Shown here piece by piece: positions 53,755 to 64,000 of a stretch of 64,000 nt of DNA. Source of the DNA: Zootoca vivipara (taxonomy: Eukaryota); contig NC_083284.1 in the NCBI RefSeq assembly GCF_963506605.1, positions 38,750,001 to 38,814,000 of the forward strand, given 5' to 3'. The stretch's first letter is position 1, and each line of letters starts with the position of its first letter. The notes under the pieces were generated by a model. That model made no database searches. It was given only the letters and a program-made list of their open reading frames with translations, and was not told the DNA's origin. The position numbers were made by a program, and so were the translations under genes.

Positions 53755-54440
53755 CTCACTATGGCCAATATTGTGGCTATAGCAGTCCACAATGAAGTAA
53801 CGGATCTGATCGTGGATGAGGCGGTTGATGTGCTATGCATTATTAAGAGCTGAGCTGAGGCACTCTGATCTTAACTAGGTGTGGTTGCCTGGGAATTCAG
53901 TAAAGCGCAGTTGAGGTCAAGAGGACCATGGGGTAGGGGCATGGTAGTCATTCATAAAACTACCATCATTATTACCAGAAAACCAATGCACCTGGGAGCT
54001 GGATGTGAGAGTTTGTAATTGGTGTTGGGTAACAGACAGGGCAGGGATCTTGCTGGCTGTATCACCCATCCCGCTGCTCAGCCACCTCCATTACTGAGCT
54101 GGTGGAGGAGGTTTCTGGCGTGATGATAGAGAACTTGAGGGTGTTAGTCTTGGTGAGGATCCAGTTCAATGTTGCCTGAGCTGGTTCAGGTCTTGATGGC
54201 CACTATGACAACCATGGAGCAGCTCAATAAATCATGTACCCAACATATAACGCTGATCATACCCTCAATCTGGTTTTCACTATAGAAAGGATTTGGATAT
54301 GGTTGCCAAGGTTTGTGTCTGATTATCACCCTGTTATCCTGGACTGATCACTTCCTAGTGACATTTGGACCAGCTGCAACTGAACCTCTCTGCAAGAGTG
54401 GAGTAGTAGTTAGGTTGGTCCACCTCCAGAAACTGGAATG
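53755..54440 (+). mobile_element. Degenerate L2-clade endonuclease region; probable continuation at 55390-55715
   Basis: DLIVDEAVDVLCIIKS (cf. DL.CITETW), GRG..VV, YHP, and W(T)DHF-like motifs in order; the later block is similar to 38690-38900. Confidence 0.65.
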
Positions 54441-54540
54441 ATCTTCCCAATAATTTGTTTAAAACTTTTATTTTCTCCTGAGTTTTCTTATATTAGCCTA
54501 TTTTATCCCTACAGGATTTAATTCTTAGCATTTTATGACT

Positions 54541-54887
54541 TAAAGGTAAAGGTAAAGGGACCCCTGACCATTAGGTCCAGTCGTGACCGACTCTGGGGTT
54601 GTGGTGCTCATCTCGCTTTATTGGCCGAGGGAGCTTCCAGGTCATGTGGCCAGCATGACAAAGCCGCTTCTGGTGAACCAGAGCAGCACATGGAAACGCC
54701 GTTTACCTTCCCGCTGTAGCGGTACCTATTTATCTACTTGCACTTTGACGTGCTTTTGAACTGCTAGGTTGGCAAGAGCTGGGACCGAGCAATGGGAGCT
54801 CACCCCGTCGTGGGGATTTGAACCGCCAACCTTCTGATCGGCAAGCCCTAGGCTCAGTGGTTTAACCCACAGTGTCACCCACGTCCC
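54541..54887 (-). mobile_element. Sauria SINE, full length
   Basis: (TAAAGG)3 tail on plus, head GGGACGTGGGTGACACTGTGG on minus; degenerate TSD CATTTTATGACTTA/CATTTTATATCTTA. Confidence 0.93.
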
Positions 54888-57440
54888 TCCATTTTATATC
54901 TTAGTGCTGCTTTTATAATCCCTATTATGTTTCATTTTCTATTTGAGTTTTTATGTTGGTTTATTGTTATGATGGCATACTGCATTTGTATTTCTATATT
55001 CTATTGTTATGTGGAGTGCATGTTTTTTAATTGTAGCTTATGGAGGAAGTTCCTTATAAAGCAGGGTATATATTTTTAAATAAATATGCCCTGGGAGAAT
55101 TTCCAGGCAGCATGGCTGAGGTTCTAATCTCACTGTGGAGTGGAAAGATGGAGAGGCCCATTGATTCGATCTCTCCTAAGCACCCTCTCTAACCCAAAGG
55201 GACCCTGAGGCATTTTCTGAGCTCCAAGTGTTGAAGCAGGCTGGCCAACAGCTAGAGCACAGGTGGCACAAGCCCCACAACACAAATTTGACCAAACGCA
55301 GGTATGAGTGCACAGTTGTGTTTCCCATGTGGTACTGGCAGCAGCAAAGAAAACATACTTATTGACCTCCATCTTCAGTGAACTAAACAGCAGAGCTGTA
55401 GATTGATTGGTTCAGACCAGGGTCTTGTCATTAACAGACCACTCAACAGCTTGCTGTGAGATATTTGCAAAGCGCTTTGAGGGCAAAATCATTCAGATCC
55501 ATGTCAAACTTGATTCCACAATTAGTGCAGGTCCATTTGAGGTCCCTGGAGCATCGTCTAGTACGAATTGTTGTGGCCTAACGATATGGCCAGAACACTT
55601 GCCGCTGTGAACTCGACAATGTATCCTCTTGATCCCTGCCCAACGTGGCTGGTAAAATCTAGAATGAGAAGTTCACCCAGGCATTTGATGGGTGAGATAT
55701 ACTGTCCCTGGCAACCTTTAAATTATTTGTGACGGCTTAAAAATTTTTAGAGGGTGAAATTTTAGAGGGCTGTCATTTGGATCTTAACTTTCTGGATTCT
55801 TTAGACTAGAGGTGCACTACTCTTTCTACCCAAGAGATGATTACTCAGCTGCAGTCACAGTTCATGGCATATAACAAACTATATAGAGATACATGGCTCA
55901 CAACCTAAAATTTCTTCCTAAGCATCCTAGCTAATGTTAATGCTTCCTTTACTGGGATCACTTTGCCTACTGCCATCAAGCCAGGTCCTGTCTGGGCTTG
56001 CAAGAGCATCTCCTAGAATGGGGTGAGGAAATTGGGGCTCTCCAGATGTTGTTGATCTTTAACTCCCATCACCGCAAGCACAGTTGATGCTCAGGGACGA
56101 TGGGAGTAATAGGTCAATAACAAACTGGGCTTTTAATTCTCAATCCCACCAGTTGCCTGAGCCCTGCATATTAATGTACTATATCTTAAGCCGATCGTTT
56201 ATTCATTGGAAGTGTGCAGTTATTAATCCTGCCCTTGTTTTGACTGCAAGAAACAATAAAAAGCCAACTCTTCCTATTTATCTGTAACTTTTGCTCACAG
56301 AAACTGGATAGACAAAGCAGGACTGAATACATAGATTCTCACAAGTATCTTCACAACCATATATATATAATCCCATTCCTCCCTGACTAGAACACACATC
56401 CATGTCTGCATCATTTGAAGTCTATTGAGAGCTGATGTTTGACATAAATATTCTGAGTTTTAAAAGTTTGGAAACTTAGACAAGTGTGTACTGAAAAGAT
56501 TTTAATACTAGTTAATTTGTGATGGCACACCCACCAGTGTCAGAAAGCCTTGACGTACTCAGTATCTTGGAATTCATTTGTTCTGACAATATTTGTGGCT
56601 GCTAAAACAACCACATAATGGTCACCTAGTAAGACAGATAAATTGACTGCTTAAGCTTCACAGTAACGTCTCGTTGCCTGTAGCACACTTCCTCCCCTAG
56701 ACAATTTCGGAGGGTTTGCCCCACCATCCTCCAGCAGTGCCAAATTCCTCACACAGATAATTTAGATAAAGAGATAGATTGCTGCCCTTTGCTTAAAGGA
56801 TCCTCCTTCTCCCTGTTCACCCTTCTGAATACCATTAAGTAGAACCCACTGGGAAAACAAAAGTACCTAACTTTTTCACATCAACAGAGTCCTTAAGGTT
56901 TATAAATTTTGCTTTGAACTGAGAAACTGAAAATTTCAGCATCTACAAACTTTATGAACCCTAAATCTTTGGGTTTGTTTTTTGCTTCAGATTCTACCTT
57001 TTCCATCCAACCACTCATATTTATGTGGATTTATCTGCATTATGTCATGTGGATTTATCTGCATTATTCATAATGCAAGTATGTAACCTATACACATTAT
57101 TGTATGAACAAGAACTCCAAGTAAACTCCAGTCATTCAGAATTGTCCTTCAAATTTCTCCCCAGCCTCCTGAATGACATGACTTCGAAATGTAATGACTA
57201 AAAGGTCAGCACATGACAGTTGAGCACTTGTGACCCCAAATTAAGAGGTATTATGCTTTATCTACTAATCAGTGAGTCACAAATGTACAACTTGCCTCAA
57301 GAACTTAAGAATTCCTGAGATTTGTTCACACATCATTGCCTAAAACGTAGAGTACCTAATCAGATAAAGGAAAAATGAATTTACAAACCTTCTTATTGAA
57401 TGCTTATACTTTCTTTCTTTCTCTATCTATCTATCTCTTT

Positions 57441-57443
<3 letters not shown>

Positions 57444-57489
<46 letters not shown>
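57444..57489. repeat. (AC)n microsatellite
   Basis: Direct reading. Confidence 0.95.
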
Positions 57490-57492
<3 letters not shown>

Positions 57493-59067
57493 TATTTTAT
57501 GTTTCCAGCATTCAAAGCCCCTTTACCCTTCTCTACATAATATTACCATCACCACCACTATAATCTTTTAAGCGCTTTGAAGAAAACAAAGTGACGTACT
57601 ACATAAAAACACAAAACTGAAAACAACAAAACCCTGCCTGGAGGCTCACAGACTAAATACACAGACCCATGGAAAAAAGGGGGCAAGAAAAGATAATGGA
57701 AGAAGAGACACTAAATTAAAACATCTCACTCAATTGGAAAAGGCATGTTAAAAATCAATATTTTACGAAGCATCTGCCTTCTTTTAAAGTGGGAAAGATT
57801 GCATGGCACAAATCACAGAATTTTAGAGTTGATCTAAAGATGGAGGGCATCTCACATCTAGCAGCAATTATTTCCAAAATAAGCTGCTACTGAAAAGCAG
57901 AGGGAAGGGCATGTGTGTGAAACAACAGATGAAATCTCAGTCTAACTAACTATGAAGAGTGCAGAACTTAAGGAGGAATAAAAAGATAATTTAAAATTAA
58001 TTATTGATTTTTGTTATGTGCATGCTGCTGCCCCAGATACCTTGGAGGAGGAGAAATTTTGCTATAAACTTTGAAAATAACACCACTCAATCTAAAAATG
58101 TGCATTATTGTATTAAACTCAAGAACCATGAGTTAGGTTGCTGGTTGTAGTATTCACATCATCATCATCATCATGTGTATTTTATGTGTATTGTGAGCCA
58201 CCCAGAGTGGCTGGGGAAACCCAGGCAGATGGGTGGGACATAAATATTTTTTTAAAAAAATTATAGTTTATTTTAATACTTCAATAATTTGTTTTTCATT
58301 TTTTAGGTGCTGGATAAGAGGGCAGAGGCTAGACAAACAGCTGTGCATGGTGAGATGTCCTTTTCCATCCTTGAGACCCCTGGCGAAACTCACAAAACCT
58401 CCTGTGTGTGGAACTTGGTGGGGAGAGGGAAGCTGAATGCTGAATGGGACAAAGCTGTGGGTAGGCTGATTCAACCACTTTGAGTCTGCCCATAAAAAGC
58501 CAGCCTAGAGCGAAAGTCTCAGGTGATGTCAGCTGTTGTAGGAGAACCTTTGTGGTGTTCTGCACCTTCCTGTTTCTAGCTATCAGAGCCTGCCAGATAA
58601 CTTTCAAATCATAAAAAAAATAGACAAATCCCTTTGTTTGTATGAACTATGTTTTCTCCTTTCATTTGAAAATATCTTCCAACAAAAGAATTGCACGAGC
58701 CACTCAACTTGATGCTGCATCAATATGCAATATGAAGAAGACTTACTCCAGGCAGTAAACTGAGAGGGGGTGGAATCACTCATTTGTACTTCTCTATTAA
58801 TGCAGCCTATAAAGCAAGGAAGATGTATAAGGTAAGGGATGGCACTACTGTCCTCGAGGGAATTAAATTCAAGCAGCATTTCTTCGCTTGACTGGGGAAG
58901 TGTAAGATAATGAATGCTGCAGTTTCAGGAAAAAGTGAAAATAGCAGGCATGCTGGATGAGAGATTTTATTTATAAGAACAACCCTGGTGTATATACAGT
59001 ATTTGTAAATAAATACAAAACCTTTTATTTCTAAGTATGAATCTGGTGTAAGGTAGTAAGGTCTAAG

Positions 59068-59168
59068 GGTATCTGAAGAAGTGTGCATGCACACAAAAGC
59101 TCATACCTATGACAAACTTAGTTGGTCTCTAAGGTGCTACTGGAAGGAATTTTTTTATTTTTTGTTTT
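59068..59168 (+). mobile_element. Penelope-like element 3' fragment carrying a hammerhead motif with a G12A change
   Basis: GGTAT-CTGAAGA-A-GTGTGCATGCACAC-AAAA-GC-TC-ATACC followed by ttagttggtctctaaggtgctac; near-identical to the reverse complement of 61028-61114. Confidence 0.8.
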
Positions 59169-59182
59169 GAGAAAAAATGTTA

Positions 59183-59314
59183 NNNNNNNNNNNNNNNNNN
59201 NNNNNNNNNNNNNNNNNNNNNNNNNNNNNNNNNNNNNNNNNNNNNNNNNNNNNNNNNNNNNNNNNNNNNNNNNNNNNNNNNNNNNNNNNNNNNNNNNNNN
59301 NNNNNNNNNNNNNN
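59183..59314. other. Assembly gap (132 N)
   Basis: Run of N. Confidence 1.
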
Positions 59315-61027
59315 TCATTTCTTTGTCAAACTCTAGCAAGGCTAGGAAATGGAACACAGTATGGGGCCAAACAGATAGGAGCTCCAATTAAATTCTAAAG
59401 AACAATGGATTGGATCCAGGAGAGTGCTCTCAGTTGGCAACAACTCCTCTGGACATGGCCCAACACAAACAGGTTGAAATCATCAAGATTGTTGGAGGGG
59501 AGCCAAAACCTGTTTTCCCCAAGTACACACTTTTACCTTTTCCTATATAGCTGCTGTTCACGCCTGTTGAGTAAAGTGCTTGGGGGACACTACTGCAGGG
59601 AGACAGACACTACCACTCTACATACTAGATGCTCTCTGCTCCAGCCTTTGGCCAAGACAGGAGGAAAGTGCTTCTGCATGCAGAAATTGTACCTGCCCAC
59701 ATCCCTTGTAAAATGACATTTCTCTCCTACCCAACCCACATGCCATTACAATATATATATATATATTGGTGGTAATGTGTATGCATGGAGCATTTAGAAT
59801 TTCTGTCTCTTTGTTGCTGTGTAGTTAAGAGACCATATACTCCCAAGCCATGAATGGCTAAGCATGTGGCTTCTATAACTCTTCGTACAGAAAAGATAAG
59901 AGTAAGTGATTGTAATAGTGCCATTTTGCTTAAGTATATGAACCTATAGGCACAGCATTATTTCCACACTTATCATTATTGGTTTACACACATTTTGATG
60001 TCTCAAGGTATCAAATCTACTTTAACATTAAACATGTTCACACCATCCTGTTACAAGAGAATATACTATCACTACTAACAACATTTATTTATACCCAACT
60101 GCAATAGATACCACATAATAGAAAAGGCACTCTGGCCTGAACAAAACAAAGAAGCAAACATAAACTTCATAGTGACAGTCAAATGCTTTAAGCACAAGAC
60201 TTTCCATTTACATTTGCAGATCTGACCACTGGAATATCAGCATGAAACAAAATGCACGGTTTTGAAAATAACTGTCAGTTCTCTAATTAATTAATTGCCT
60301 ATGAAGGAGAAAGGGAAGGCACTTAAAAACAAGAACAGATCGCCTGGTTAGCCCAGAATACTGTTACCATGGTAGCTGGAAGAAACAGTAATTGTTTACT
60401 GTTTTCTAGATTAGGCAAAAGTCAAATAAAGTGAAACAATGTAACGTATCAACCACTTTACTAGTCAATCAGTCACAATACTGATTCTACTCCCATCATA
60501 ATACATCTCCCAGCCCCTTCAATTCAGTCCAACATATATGGTTCCTTGAATAAATTGAGCAAATACAGGGGCCCATCTCATCTATTTGTTCTGAGAACAG
60601 TAGCTGCAGACAGTGCCTCAATCCACTTCTGTCCCTAATAAGGAATTCAAATTCCTACTCTAGTGAGGTACTCCTTCCCCACTCTCCCCAATCGATGGTA
60701 AATAATTTTCCTTGAGAGAAGATCTCCAGGCTGCCTGAAGTCTTTCACTTTACAAAGATCACTCACTGGAAAAGGCTCTAGCCTGCCCTGGATCAGATAC
60801 TGAGAATGGGAGTATGCAGCCTTTCAAGTGATCCTGTATCTCAGAAGTTCCATTTACGCAGCGGAGCAGTTTCCATACAGAGTTAGGCCTTTAGGCTTCA
60901 AGAGTACCTACATTTTTGCACACAAACTAAGTAACTGAATGCTGTGAAATGCTTTTAGTAACTGAATTTTGAAATGGTGTCACTAAGAGAGATAATGGAA
61001 CCCTTCTTCAAGAATATACTCAAGACT

Positions 61028-61173
61028 AAAAAAATTCCTTCAGTAGCACCTTAAAGACCAACTAAGTTTATATTTTGGTATGAGCTTTCGTGTGCATGCA
61101 CACTTCTTCAGATAACTGAAGGAATTTTTTTATTTTGCTTCGACTCAGACCAACACGGCTACCTACCTGTAAC
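61028..61173. mobile_element. Penelope-like insertion made of two oppositely oriented pLTR fragments
   Basis: 13-bp TSD TATACTCAAGACT (61015-61027, 61174-61186); internal inversion AAAAAAATTCCTTCAGT ... ACTGAAGGAATTTTTT. Confidence 0.85.
61079..61114 (-). ncRNA. Minimal type-I hammerhead ribozyme motif (Penelope-derived)
   Basis: Minus strand reads UAU-CUGAAGA-A-GUGUG(CAUG)CACAC-GAAA-GC-UC|AUA: conserved core intact, palindromic AGCU helix III, helix I only 3 bp. Confidence 0.75.
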
Positions 61174-61477
61174 TATACTCAAGACTGATTGTCAACAGGT
61201 GGAGAACCATTTGGGAACCCTTAATCATTAAGATGACCTGAGATCTAGGTCTCAGGAAAAGTAGTATTCAGGCCACACAATCACTTGATGCTTGACACTG
61301 AACCAAGGCCAGTGTCCAAACTGCTGAAGCAATATATCACAATTAACAGCTCCACTGCCTCAATTGCTCAAAGGCATTCACTCTCCCTTAAACGGTCTGT
61401 ACCTGGGGATATACCTGGAGGCCACCTAGTGCTGGCAAAGCTCTACCCCTTTAAATTTCTGCTAGTTCTTAGCAGGG

Positions 61478-62280
61478 GCAGGAATGTAGATCAGCCATAG
61501 CACATGCTTTGCACACAAAGGCATCTCCAGGTAAGGCTGGAGAAGACCGCTTCCCGAAACCCTGGACAACTGTTAACAGGGGTCCAAGGGACATCAATGT
61601 GGTGTTGTTGTGCTATAATTTCCATCACACCTCAACACTGGCCATGCTGGCATGGGCTGGTGGAGGTTGGAGTCCATCAACACCTGGAAGGAACAACTTT
61701 GGTTATTTCTAGAGTCTTCTTCTTCTTTGGCGATCACTTGTAGCCGAGTAAGATTGTCTTCCATAAACACGGTTTTAACAATGAGTCCATAAGTGACTGT
61801 GGAGGCCAATTCTGGATCCACACGTCCTTCAACAGTGGAGACATTGGTTTCCAGGCAGAAGTTGATCACGGTGTGGATTTGCCAAGCGTGCCTTCCTCTT
61901 AGCACGTTTCTCCCTTGCATCCTGAGTTCGAGTGTCTTCAAAGCCCATGGCACCTTTGGTAAAGGCTGTTCTCCAACTGGAGCGCTCGCAGGCCAGTGTT
62001 TCCCAGTTGTCAGTGTTTATACTACATTTTTAAAGATTTGCCTTGAGACAGTCTTTAAACCTCTTTTGTTGACCACCAGCATTACGCTTTCCATTTTAAA
62101 GTTCGGAATAGAGTAGTTGCTTTGGAAGACGATCATCAGGCATCTGCACAACATGACCAGTCCAACGAAGTTGATGTTGAAGAATCATTGCTTCAACACT
62201 GGTGATCTTTGCTTCTTCCAGTACACTGATATCTTTAGAGTAGACAATAAGGGTCAATGACCATTTACGGCAGCTTCCTA
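61478..62280 (+). mobile_element. Squam3-type SINE split by a MITE and an RTE LINE
   Basis: 5' part ...ggcatctccaggtaaggctggagaagacc...gaaaccctgga (61478-61575); 3' part gtagacaata...ggcagcttccta (62240-62280). Confidence 0.65.
61716..62229 (-). mobile_element. 5'-truncated RTE-clade LINE
   Basis: Minus strand translates SVLEEAKITSVEAMILQHQLRWTGHVVQMPDDRLPKQLLYSEL*NGKRNAGGQQKRFKD...CLHC*RTCGSRIGLHSHLWTH; (GAA)n tail; TSD TATTTCTAGAGT/TATCTTTAGAGT. Confidence 0.9.
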
Positions 62281-63438
62281 CAGCTGGGTATTCAGCCCAA
62301 CCGACGGCCTCAGTTCCTATTTCGGTACTCAGTTGAGTTTAAACCCTTGTTGAAACAGCAGTCATACCTTACAGCTCTCACAGATCATGCAGAATCAGAC
62401 CTTCTTTTTACTATCTGGATTCCAACTTCCTGAAATTAGATCTCTGTTCACGCTACCTTCTCAAGAGATTCATTAAGAGAGACTCTTGGTGGCAGTACTT
62501 GCAGTCTATGTCAGAAGTATTGTAGAATAATGTTTCATTTACATTGTGGGTAACAGTTTCTGTTATCTTTTGAAATGCTAAAACATCACGAAAAATCGCT
62601 GTACGCTTGTAGGCAAATTCACGGTGCGGGTGAGCTGAATCTTATAGGCAGTGTCACTCCATAATAAGCCCAACCAGTCCGCCTGTGAAGCAGTCTGAAG
62701 CAAGCTGCTTCGGGACAGCACCCTGAGAGGGGATGTCAGCCTGAGAGGAGGAGAAGCCACCACCCAAAGTGGCAAGACAAGTGAGAAATTGGTGGGCAGG
62801 TGGGCTGCGGTTGTCATCACCTCACCACTAGCAGCAGTGCCAGGGTTTTTGCCTCCTGGCTGCCCCTGATAATATGAAATTTGCATAGATTGCCTACCAA
62901 ACTAGTATAATTTGTGAATGAAGTATGGTCATGACAAGTTTAGGATACAACAGGTTAAGTCATAGAATGACTGAAGCAATAAGTGGCAAACAGCAATGTG
63001 ACATTTAAACAATTTGACAGTTAATCAAAACAAGCTTAGGGGAAAAAATACTGTTTAAATTTGTTTACATTTCTAAGGGTCGACAAAAGGAAGCAAACCA
63101 TACTGATCAAGCTATAGAAAATGTGAATGACTGCACTGAGAACCAAAAATCTAGTTTCTGCATCTGAAAATGTTATTTGGAACATTACATGAGCAAAAAG
63201 CCGCCAATCATTTGGCAGTACACCAAAAAGACCTGGCCATAGTTCTCCATGCTACAAAAACATTCAGGCTAGATTGCTACAATGCACATAATGTAAGATT
63301 TCCTTCAAAGACTTCAGAAACTTCAAGAAGTTCAGGATACCACAACATAGCTAATGACTGGGAGTAAGAGTAAGGAACCTATCAGATCAGTTCAGTAGCT
63401 GCAAATCTGCTTGTGTTTCTAATTCAAAGTACGTAAAC

Positions 63439-63574
63439 CAGGCATGTCAAACCTGCGGCCCTCCAGATGTTTTGGCCTACAACTCCCATGATCCCTAGCT
63501 AGCAGGACCAGTGGTTGGGGAAGATGGGAATTGTAGTCCAAAACATCTGGAGGGCCGCAGGTTTGACATGCCTG
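63439..63574. mobile_element. 136-bp palindromic hAT MITE, young copy
   Basis: Long TIRs starting CAGGCATGTCAAACCTGCGGCCCTCCAGATGTTTTGG; perfect 8-bp TSD ACGTAAAC. Confidence 0.95.
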
Positions 63575-64000
63575 ACGTAAACAGTCGGGGACTGAAATAA
63601 TACCTGATGCCATACAATTTTGCCCAGCCACAAAGCGCTATTCAGGAAGTCAGGAAGTTCCCTTGCTCATTTATTTAGAACCCTCTTTGATGGCTATTGA
63701 ATACCAGCTGAAGATATTGTTGTTCTCCCAAACTTTTAAAGGGGATGCTAACCTTATCCTTTGTCACGGTTTAAACTTGTTTTTTCTACTTTTTTTAAAA
63801 AAAGTATTAACCTTTGGTTTCAGAAGTCACTGTAGTTTATATCCTCACATTTTCCCCTACTTCTTTCTCCCAAAACAGAGGCAAAGATATATCTAATCTG
63901 TTTTAATGAAACTCCATCTTGTTATTTTTTAATACTGGGAGCTAAATTAAAGTAACTATGTCTGCCAATTAGCATTGTGAACCCCTGCTATTGACCTGAT

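Noticed and set aside
57023-57067. 21-bp direct duplication (and a 13-bp one at 49047-49078)
   Set aside because: Ordinary slippage-type tandem duplications with no further structure.

Overview
Vertebrate (squamate, most likely lacertid lizard judging by the Sauria SINE subfamily) genomic DNA, AT-rich, with three assembly gaps. The whole window lies inside one minus-strand gene, LRBA (BEACH/WD40 protein). Six complete coding exons are visible (40644-40811, 26483-26572, 22969-23146, 15855-16010, 11215-11382, 1285-1386). They splice in frame with canonical GT-AG sites and encode the end of the BEACH domain, the linker and the first WD40 repeats. A seventh small exon (A-H-Q...) starts at 19493 and disappears into the N-gap. 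Neither end of the gene is in the window, and 40812-64000 appears to be one long intron. The introns hold Sauria and Squam3-type SINEs, CR1/L2/RTE LINE fragments, hAT and Tc1/mariner MITEs (several with target-site duplications, several nested), Penelope-like fragments, microsatellites and repeat-free blocks that look like enhancers. Nearly all ORFs in the supplied track are spurious. Most notable observations: two minimal type-I hammerhead ribozyme motifs in Penelope-like fragments (one with an intact core in the LRBA sense strand), an in-frame tandem acceptor adding YLLLQ, a candidate stop-containing cassette exon at 413-732, a perfect 23-bp hairpin, and a pair of mutually complementary compound microsatellites. 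I find no convincing evidence of a wholly new biological system. Repeat family names come from recalled consensus features, not from database searches.
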